A DNA stretch of 64,000 nucleotides from a virus. Taxonomy: Duplodnaviria > Caudoviricetes. This document shows positions 57,470-64,000 of the stretch, piece by piece; position 1 is the stretch's first letter, and each line of letters begins with the position of its first letter. The DNA is taken from positions 54,437 to 118,436 of IMG/VR virus record IMGVR_UViG_3300044557_000104. One strand, given 5' to 3'. Below the pieces are notes generated by a model. That model did no database searches and had not been told where the DNA came from. It saw nothing but the letters and a program-made list of their open reading frames with translations. The translations under genes were made by a program, and so were the position numbers.

Positions 57470-57537
57470 AAATAATTTTAATTGCACGAGAAGAAATTAA
57501 ATATTAGTCTTTAACCTATAATATTTAAAATATACTA

Positions 57538-57569
57538 TTGACAGAGTACCTCAAAAGGGGTACTCTTTT
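57538..57569 (+). promoter_or_regulatory. Overlapping promoter/terminator palindrome
   Basis: TTGACA-17 nt-TACTCT; AGAGTACC/GGTACTCT stem + TTT. Confidence 0.75.
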
Positions 57570-57611
57570 AGTATATTAAAAAGTTAAAAACATATTGAAG
57601 GGGAGACAACT

Positions 57612-58073
57612 ATGATTAAAAATATGAGGGATTATAGAAAACAAATGAATAAAGTAGTAAGTAGATCAGATAAAGAACTATATGAAGACGGAATGACAAA
57701 GATTGAGAAGGCACTGAGTGATAATTTAGATGCCAAGTATCCTAATTGGTATGTAATGGTACAATTAGATAAAGACACACTCTTTGGATCAGCTTTGAAT
57801 GATATACGATTACACTTAGAAAGTCTTGGGTATATTGTTATTACTCGCAGACACATACAATTCTTTCCCGGTGACTATAGTGCGCAAACACACGTTGAAC
57901 TATATGTTGTGTTTCCCTCAGAAAGTGAATCAGAACGTGAAAGAAAAGCAACTATTGACTTCTTTCTTCCCTACAAGAAACATGATAAGAAAGAAATGCT
58001 TGCCCTTTGTGCTTCGGGAAACTCACAATCTGTATTAGATAGGATTCGTGAGAGCTTGAAAGAGGAGGACTAA
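57612..58073 (+). CDS. Hypothetical protein (paralog of next gene)
   Basis: Shared LY..GM..IE..L.DNL...YPN...L.DI...LE.LGYIV...VLD.IR. Confidence 0.65.
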   Translation: MIKNMRDYRKQMNKVVSRSDKELYEDGMTKIEKALSDNLDAKYPNWYVMVQLDKDTLFGSALNDIRLHLESLGYIVITRRHIQFFPGDYSAQTHVELYVVFPSESESERERKATIDFFLPYKKHDKKEMLALCASGNSQSVLDRIRESLKEED

Positions 58074-58076
58074 AAA

Positions 58077-58535
58077 TTGATTGAAAGCGTAGAGAACTAT
58101 CAGAATAAAATAGAATCAAGAATTAATTCGTCAAATAACCTATTATATACTAGAGGAATGAAAAACATTGAAGAGTCCTTACAAGATAATTTAAAGAGGG
58201 AATATCCAAACTATCATTTACAGGTGTCTCTTTCTGAAAACACTAAGGAAGGGCAAACCCTTTTAGACATAAAAAATGAGTTAGAAAAATTAGGATATAT
58301 TGTTTTTTCTCATTTTAATCCTGTGTATAATTACACTTTTGGAATGTCTAATCCTGTTTTGATAGATATAATTGTCCCAATGAAGGACGAGTCAGAAGAG
58401 CATTGTAAGAAACGGATTAAAGCAGTGGTAATGCTCCATCATTACTCAGAAGATGAGTTACATAATGATATATACCCAAAGGGTACTTCTAAGATGGTGC
58501 TAGATGTAATTCGTGGGATATATAAAGGAGAATAA
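58077..58535 (+). CDS. Hypothetical protein (paralog of previous gene)
   Basis: Shares the motifs listed for 57612; RBS GAGGAGG, TTG start. Confidence 0.65.
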   Translation: MIESVENYQNKIESRINSSNNLLYTRGMKNIEESLQDNLKREYPNYHLQVSLSENTKEGQTLLDIKNELEKLGYIVFSHFNPVYNYTFGMSNPVLIDIIVPMKDESEEHCKKRIKAVVMLHHYSEDELHNDIYPKGTSKMVLDVIRGIYKGE

Positions 58536-58538
58536 AAA

Positions 58539-60230
58539 TTGATTAATAAAAAGCAAGTAGATAAATATATTAATGACCATCTCAGTGCATACTCAGACAC
58601 CCATGAGTACCGTTTAGCACTAGTAAGTCAAACTCATGGGGTTTACTCTGGGATTGTCTCTATGGTTAAACCAACCACCAATAAGAAGCGTTATCTAGAC
58701 TTCATCCTAGACTTTACTGATCGTAGCCTAACTATCTCTGGGATTAGTGGTAAGCGTCTTAAAGAGAGTGCTGGGTTACTCAATGAAGTCTTTAACAATG
58801 GTGAGTATAAGGTAGTAGATAATCTTAGTGAAACATCAGTGCAAACCCTAGATACTATTAAGTACTTGGGTATGTTATATGGGTCACTGGGACGAGAACC
58901 TATTGCTTACATGAATATTGGTCGTGGAGTGATTCGAGCACTACATAGCTATCCAGTTGCAGAAACCTATGTAAAAGAGTTCTCAGACCAAATGAGTAAG
59001 TTATTTGATAGACTACAGGGGCATCATTATGGGTGGGGTAATGATAAAGAATACTTCTCCAATGAGGTGTTCCCACACTGGAACCTTATCTGCTGGTATC
59101 AGGAACAATGGAATAATGGGATTCATAAACCATTACAAAAGTTACTCGCTATCTCTAAAGATACCTATAAACGATTAAAGACAGATAAGCTACTGGAACA
59201 GGTTGATGAACAATATAGTCACGATAGTGTCAACTTTAATAACTACTTATATGGGTACTGTACAGGAGATAGGCAGAGTAAAAACTTCTATATCCTTCCT
59301 ATTCAAATGATTCAAGAAATAGATAAAGTTAATTGGAATAAGCTAGAGCAAACTGTAAAACAGGTTGATGATGAGCGTGGGTATCATGAATATAAAACCT
59401 ATTATGATTCCTTATCTAATAGTATGATTAATTATCTTAAATGGGTACTTAATGGTAAGGGGTACTCATGGGGTCGAACACTGGGTGAAGTAGCAGAAGC
59501 TGGGAATACTGATATTTTCCACTTAGCTCATTATCTATATGCTAGTTGCTACCATCAACAAGCACTTGATCTAGGAGTAGCCTTACAAATCCTAGATGAC
59601 TATTACAACTTAGTAAGCAAAACTAAGAACTTTGTTAAGTTTCCACGCTACTTAAAGACAGCCCATGATATTGCATCTCGTAATGCTAAGGAACTAGGTA
59701 ATTCACTTAATCAAATTGATGTGTACAATGTATATAATAAGTACCAGTATTTAGAGACTAGCTTTAAAGAGTATAGTATGATCTTAGGAGCTTCTCCTAA
59801 AGAAATTGTTGATGAAGGTCAGTTACAACATAACTGTGTTGGTGGATATGTTAAGGATGTTGCAGAGGGTAAGAGTATTATTATGTTCCTACGTAAGAAA
59901 GCAGACATCTACCACTCATGGGTAACAGTAGAACTTCGTGGGGACAAAGATGGTTTAGAGGTTGTGCAAACTTATGGGACATTTAATACACATTTAAATC
60001 CAGAACAAAAGGTGGCATTGGCTACATGGATGAAACTTATGGGAGTTACTATGAGTGAACATGCTTATGGATTAAAAACCACCAATAAGGACTTCATGAA
60101 GTTAGCTAAGAGCACAACTAGTATGCACCAGATCGACATGCACTTTCATGAAGATGCTTTTAAAGCTATTAAGGAATCTAAAGCTAAAACTACATCAATT
60201 GATACCATGAAGATTAAGGAAGCATCCTAG
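58539..60230 (+). CDS. PcfJ-domain protein
   Basis: LKTAHD...EIVDEGQLQHNCVGGY...G.SII.FLRK...VTVEL...Q.YG..N. Confidence 0.75.
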   Translation: MINKKQVDKYINDHLSAYSDTHEYRLALVSQTHGVYSGIVSMVKPTTNKKRYLDFILDFTDRSLTISGISGKRLKESAGLLNEVFNNGEYKVVDNLSETSVQTLDTIKYLGMLYGSLGREPIAYMNIGRGVIRALHSYPVAETYVKEFSDQMSKLFDRLQGHHYGWGNDKEYFSNEVFPHWNLICWYQEQWNNGIHKPLQKLLAISKDTYKRLKTDKLLEQVDEQYSHDSVNFNNYLYGYCTGDRQSKNFYILPIQMIQEIDKVNWNKLEQTVKQVDDERGYHEYKTYYDSLSNSMINYLKWVLNGKGYSWGRTLGEVAEAGNTDIFHLAHYLYASCYHQQALDLGVALQILDDYYNLVSKTKNFVKFPRYLKTAHDIASRNAKELGNSLNQIDVYNVYNKYQYLETSFKEYSMILGASPKEIVDEGQLQHNCVGGYVKDVAEGKSIIMFLRKKADIYHSWVTVELRGDKDGLEVVQTYGTFNTHLNPEQKVALATWMKLMGVTMSEHAYGLKTTNKDFMKLAKSTTSMHQIDMHFHEDAFKAIKESKAKTTSIDTMKIKEAS

Positions 60231-60240
60231 GAGGGACAAT

Positions 60241-60726
60241 ATGTTTGATTTTGGGCAACCACAGGCACCACTACCAAGTGAGGGAATGACTTTTGGTGAA
60301 AAGATGCGTAAAGAAGTAGCAAATTATAAGAAGCAAAAGCATGAGGAAAATTTAGCTAAGATAATTATGAGTAACCCTGAATGTATGGGTGAGTTTACAG
60401 AGACACTAGGTGCATTACATGATCTTAATCCTAGTGAGACTAAGTTTAGATTAATGCCAGACACTATTTCTGGGACTATAACTACCATAGGTATAGTTAA
60501 AGAGCAGAGAAATACTGTTATCCTTGAGGATTTTGTCTATGAATATGGTAGATACAATTATTGTATTATCTCTAATGAGTTATATCTGTTCCTAAAGTAT
60601 AATGCAAAGGAAATTCAAGAATATTTTGACTTAGGTGTTGTCGCGGATAGAAGTACAATTGATATTGAGAAAGGCTCACATAAAAATTGGCAAGCGATTA
60701 CTCCAAACATTGAAATTGTTATTTAA
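60241..60726 (+). CDS. Hypothetical protein
   Basis: RBS AGGAGGG. Confidence 0.6.
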   Translation: MFDFGQPQAPLPSEGMTFGEKMRKEVANYKKQKHEENLAKIIMSNPECMGEFTETLGALHDLNPSETKFRLMPDTISGTITTIGIVKEQRNTVILEDFVYEYGRYNYCIISNELYLFLKYNAKEIQEYFDLGVVADRSTIDIEKGSHKNWQAITPNIEIVI

Positions 60727-60737
60727 GGAGGGACAAT

Positions 60738-61106
60738 ATGAATAAACCAAGGTGGCGTAGACTACTTAGATTAACACATCAACGTGTAAACACTTTTAAA
60801 ATGACTTATGATATTGAAGAAGCTCGTGATCTATGGGATATGGTTAAGCGTTTCCCATTAGAAGCACGAAGACAAATCTTCATGACCGAGGAGTTTAAAG
60901 GGGCATTTGCTCATAAGTATGGTCGAGATACTAAGGACAACACAGCATGGTTATTTCTCCTACCTATTAGATGTCGTTACATGGATAAAAATGAGTATAT
61001 AGAAGACCTGATTGATGGTGATCCATTATTAGAAGTAAATAGAAATACTCGTATAGAAGCGTTGTACCCAGAGTATCCAATTGTGAAAGGGAAGTTTAGA
61101 TTATGA
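60738..61106 (+). CDS. Hypothetical protein
   Basis: RBS AAGGAGGG. Confidence 0.6.
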   Translation: MNKPRWRRLLRLTHQRVNTFKMTYDIEEARDLWDMVKRFPLEARRQIFMTEEFKGAFAHKYGRDTKDNTAWLFLLPIRCRYMDKNEYIEDLIDGDPLLEVNRNTRIEALYPEYPIVKGKFRL

Positions 61107-61115
61107 GTTGGTTTC

Positions 61116-61364
61116 ATGTGGGTTAATGTTAGTGTAATAATTATCTGTTTGGGTCAAGTTAAAGTGGGTACTATGTATTATAATGGATATGATGGTTCTA
61201 AAATGGTTTGGTGTGAGCCTACTTATTTGAAGTATCTTAGTACTAGTTTTGAAACAGTAGAGGTCTTAGATCAGTATAAAAAATACATTGAAGATAATAT
61301 CAATGAAATTGGTAAGTTTGTCTATGATAACAGCAGTCAGTTCACTAAAATGATAGAATACTAA
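61116..61364 (+). CDS. Hypothetical protein (start uncertain)
   Basis: Fills the gap between genes; poor RBS. Confidence 0.35.
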   Translation: MWVNVSVIIICLGQVKVGTMYYNGYDGSKMVWCEPTYLKYLSTSFETVEVLDQYKKYIEDNINEIGKFVYDNSSQFTKMIEY

Positions 61365-61396
61365 AGGTTAAAAACAAGAAAAGGATGGTACTACAG

Positions 61397-62074
61397 ATGA
61401 CAGAAAAATATACTATGGGACAATTACATAAGGGACATTATATGGGACGCTTAGGAGATCATATGAATAAAGATGTTATTCATCAATTCGATCAACAGGC
61501 ATTTGATGCAGTAGCTTCTAACAAGTTTATGGACACCTTAGGCAAGATTGATGCTAAGTTAAATCAAGGTGTTAACTACCCTGTGTATAATGACACTACT
61601 AAGGTACAGCAACAAAAGTCAATTTATTTAGCAGGTGGATTCTTTTCAGCAGTGCAAGACCACGACTTACTAATGGCATCATCAATCTTATCTGAAAATA
61701 ATAGTGTTGGTCATGTCCACATTCCAATTATGCACCAATATAAAGATGCTACAGTTGATGACCCTAAAGGTGTATATGGAGGATTCATGTGGTCTCAAGC
61801 TACTTTCCAAGCAGACCAAACAGCAATGAATTTAGCTGATCTAGGAGTAGTGTTGTGGAACTCCGTTGAAGAAGATTCTGGTACCGCATGGGAACAAGGA
61901 TACCTAACAGGAACTCATAAACCAGTTGTATTTGTATGTGTGAATGCAGATCAAAAACCCGTTAATCTGATGAATGCTATGGGGTTAACAGTATATGTAG
62001 ATAGTTGGGAAGCCCTTGCTAAACTCAACTTTAATGAACTTATGCCAGAGTTCTACACTGGGGACGTGATCTAG
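61397..62074 (+). CDS. Nucleoside 2-deoxyribosyltransferase-family protein
   Basis: IYLAGGFFS, ATFQAD, DSGTAWEQGY, NLM motifs; N-terminal extension. Confidence 0.85.
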   Translation: MTEKYTMGQLHKGHYMGRLGDHMNKDVIHQFDQQAFDAVASNKFMDTLGKIDAKLNQGVNYPVYNDTTKVQQQKSIYLAGGFFSAVQDHDLLMASSILSENNSVGHVHIPIMHQYKDATVDDPKGVYGGFMWSQATFQADQTAMNLADLGVVLWNSVEEDSGTAWEQGYLTGTHKPVVFVCVNADQKPVNLMNAMGLTVYVDSWEALAKLNFNELMPEFYTGDVI

Positions 62075-62656
62075 TTGGGTCACAAAAGTAAAAATTTTAT
62101 CCAGAGCACTCTCATTTTTATTCTAATTGCGGGTTTAACATTTGCTGTACTTACTGGGATTGAATACCTAGTTAATAGTTATTTCAATGATCAATACAAA
62201 ATTACTAGTATCTCGTACTCAGCATCTGTAATGGATAAACAAGCTACTGTAACTAAGATTGAGACTGTTAGCAGTGATGAACACATTGGTCGAGTTACTA
62301 ATACCCATTATACTAGTCGATATTATCTCAGCAATAACCAGAATATCATTGAAACTGATGATGAAGATGGGGACAGTTTTAGCAAAGGAACTGTTCTTAA
62401 TTATGGTGGCAGTGATGCTCATTATACTCTATCTATTAAAGATGGGTATGGTACTACACAGAAGGTGTATTTAAAGCCGGGTAATTATACCTTTAAAACT
62501 GGGGACAAGCATAAGCTAGACTGGTACCTACACCATAAAGGTCATGAGCAAAAGAGCGACTTTCAACATGCTACTCTAGATGACTTAGCAGGTAGTGGTG
62601 AAGTAGAGTCCAATAAAGATATGAGAAATTTAGACTTAGCCACAGATTTTAATTAA
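62075..62656 (+). CDS. Membrane-anchored hypothetical protein
   Basis: N-terminal TM helix. Confidence 0.55.
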   Translation: MGHKSKNFIQSTLIFILIAGLTFAVLTGIEYLVNSYFNDQYKITSISYSASVMDKQATVTKIETVSSDEHIGRVTNTHYTSRYYLSNNQNIIETDDEDGDSFSKGTVLNYGGSDAHYTLSIKDGYGTTQKVYLKPGNYTFKTGDKHKLDWYLHHKGHEQKSDFQHATLDDLAGSGEVESNKDMRNLDLATDFN

Positions 62657-62662
62657 AAGCTA

Positions 62663-62694
62663 TTGACAGAGTACTCTGAAAGGGGTACTCTTTT
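62663..62694 (+). promoter_or_regulatory. Overlapping promoter/terminator palindrome (second copy)
   Basis: TTGACA-17 nt-TACTCT; AGAGTACTCT-gaa-AGGGGTACTCT + TTT. Confidence 0.75.
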
Positions 62695-62720
62695 ATTATA
62701 AGGAAAAGGGGTATGTAACT

Positions 62721-63344
62721 ATGATTGAACCTAAAATTTTTGAAGTAAGAAATACAATTGATTTTAAACCAGTTTGGTATCTAAAAGATATTATTAGGGA
62801 AACTGCATGTGGATATATTGCTGGTGGTTGTTTTAAAGATATTTTTAGTGGTAAGACACCCAAGGATTATGATATTTTCTTCTATAATGAACATGACTAC
62901 AATACTACATTGTACTGTGTAGATAATGATGCTAAGTGGCGTAAAAAGTATAGTAATGATAAAGTGCAAGCCTTTTATAATGATGATGGGATTACCATTG
63001 AGCTTAATCATTCTATCTTTGGAAAACCACAAAAGGTAATGAAAGAATTTGATTTTGTCTTAGACCAAGTGTCATACACAGAGAGTGAAACAGAGGGTCA
63101 ATATGAGTTGATCTATCATAAGAACTTCTTTGAAGATTTGCAAATGAAACGTCTTACAATTACCAAGGTAAGTTATCCACTATCTACATTTAACCGAGCA
63201 CTACGTTATACTGGATATGGATATAACCTATGTCTAGATTCTAAGATTGAACTTGCTAAGCACATTATGGCATTTGACATGCCTAAGACAGATGATGATA
63301 TTGAAAAAGCCATTGGTGGCGGATTATATAATGGGAGGGATTAA
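62721..63344 (+). CDS. Pol-beta superfamily nucleotidyltransferase (CCA-adding head-like)
   Basis: YIAGGCFKD......KDYDIFF and FDF motifs. Confidence 0.75.
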   Translation: MIEPKIFEVRNTIDFKPVWYLKDIIRETACGYIAGGCFKDIFSGKTPKDYDIFFYNEHDYNTTLYCVDNDAKWRKKYSNDKVQAFYNDDGITIELNHSIFGKPQKVMKEFDFVLDQVSYTESETEGQYELIYHKNFFEDLQMKRLTITKVSYPLSTFNRALRYTGYGYNLCLDSKIELAKHIMAFDMPKTDDDIEKAIGGGLYNGRD

Positions 63345-63346
63345 CT

Positions 63347-63577
63347 ATGGAAACACCATATGAAAATGATAGTAATAGGTTTAAAGAGGTTGAATTTCCA
63401 ATCTATGATTTAACTAAACGAGATGAAAAGGGTAACTTAAAACCAGTTTACCAAACAGGTATTGTGCAAGAAGTAAAATTTGTAGCTCAGTGGGGATATA
63501 TGGCAACACTGTTTATCCCAGATACTGGTGAAACTCATACAGTCAATTGGTCAGATTGCAGATCAAAGGAGAGATAA
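63347..63577 (+). CDS. Hypothetical protein
   Basis: RBS GGGAGGG. Confidence 0.55.
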   Translation: METPYENDSNRFKEVEFPIYDLTKRDEKGNLKPVYQTGIVQEVKFVAQWGYMATLFIPDTGETHTVNWSDCRSKER

Positions 63578-63578
63578 G

Positions 63579-63836
63579 TTGAAAACATTTAAACAATTAG
63601 CGCAGGAGCAACATGATCGAGTGGTATTACAACCACTGAATGAACTAATCAAAGCCTTAGAGGATAAACCCTTTGATGCTAAACAGCAAACAATCGACAG
63701 TCTTAATCAGCAACTAGAACAATCTAAGAACCAAAATACAAGTACTAACAATGATCTTAACCAAGCAATCCAAGATGCCCAGAGTGTTAAGAACTATTCA
63801 GACCAAGCAGTTGCTAACGCTAATGCTAACAAGTAG
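63579..63836 (+). CDS. Coiled-coil hypothetical protein
   Basis: TTG 63579 after AAGGAG. Confidence 0.5.
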   Translation: MKTFKQLAQEQHDRVVLQPLNELIKALEDKPFDAKQQTIDSLNQQLEQSKNQNTSTNNDLNQAIQDAQSVKNYSDQAVANANANK

Positions 63837-63848
63837 GGAGTGATTTAA

Positions 63849-64000
63849 ATGACTAAATATATCAAAACAGGAACTACCGAGTTTGAACAGTTCGATGGTT
63901 CAGATGAAATGTGCGAAAAATACGGGATTCATCCAGATATGGGCACCGCAAATGTTGTGACGGGAAAAACTTTGTATTTCTTAATGCCCACACTCGAAGG
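63849..64000 (+). CDS. Hypothetical phage protein (partial, runs off the window)
   Basis: RBS GGGAGTG; MTKYIKT...EQFDGSDEM...PTLEG. Confidence 0.55.
   Translation, partial: MTKYIKTGTTEFEQFDGSDEMCEKYGIHPDMGTANVVTGKTLYFLMPTLE

Noticed and set aside
1412-63032. Minus-strand and nested short ORFs in the track (e.g. 3991..4464, 2737..3105, 28256..28711)
   Set aside because: They overlap long + strand genes and show no recognisable motifs; treated as shadow ORFs.
1-64000. tRNA or rRNA genes
   Set aside because: No cloverleaf or T-loop signatures seen in the intergenic gaps by eye; tRNAscan-SE was not run.

Overview
A 64-kb, AT-rich segment of a large lytic myovirus genome with Herelleviridae (SPO1/K/LP65-like) gene order. 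All credible genes are on the + strand. A Lactobacillaceae host is inferred from recalled similarity of the IS TnpB, LL-H holin and tail modules. Gene order: end of tail tube gene; tail assembly chaperones with a probable +1 frameshift; tape measure/GH73 lysin; NlpC/P60 tail lysin; 2673-aa mosaic fibre; baseplate; holins; replication/recombination block (DnaB-like helicase, intein-bearing SbcC, primase, resolvase, HU, UvsY, SSB, intein-bearing RecA, sigma factor); accessory genes. The most notable signal is a family of IS200/IS605-derived elements: one tnpA-less tnpB with intact RuvC residues and decayed ends, two gene-less omegaRNA cassettes, and a 46-nt relic. The three omegaRNA scaffolds show compensatory changes and carry three different guides. 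In two of the three, the guide seed (10 and 8 nt) matches the sequence just after the element's own TTAT, which lies inside a promoter -10 box. This suggests a phage-domesticated multi-guide TnpB regulator (inference). An unrelated IS607-type tnpB, two Ala-start P-loop inteins, promoter-terminator fusions and several ATT/ATA start codons are also present. All family assignments come from motif recognition; no searches were run.
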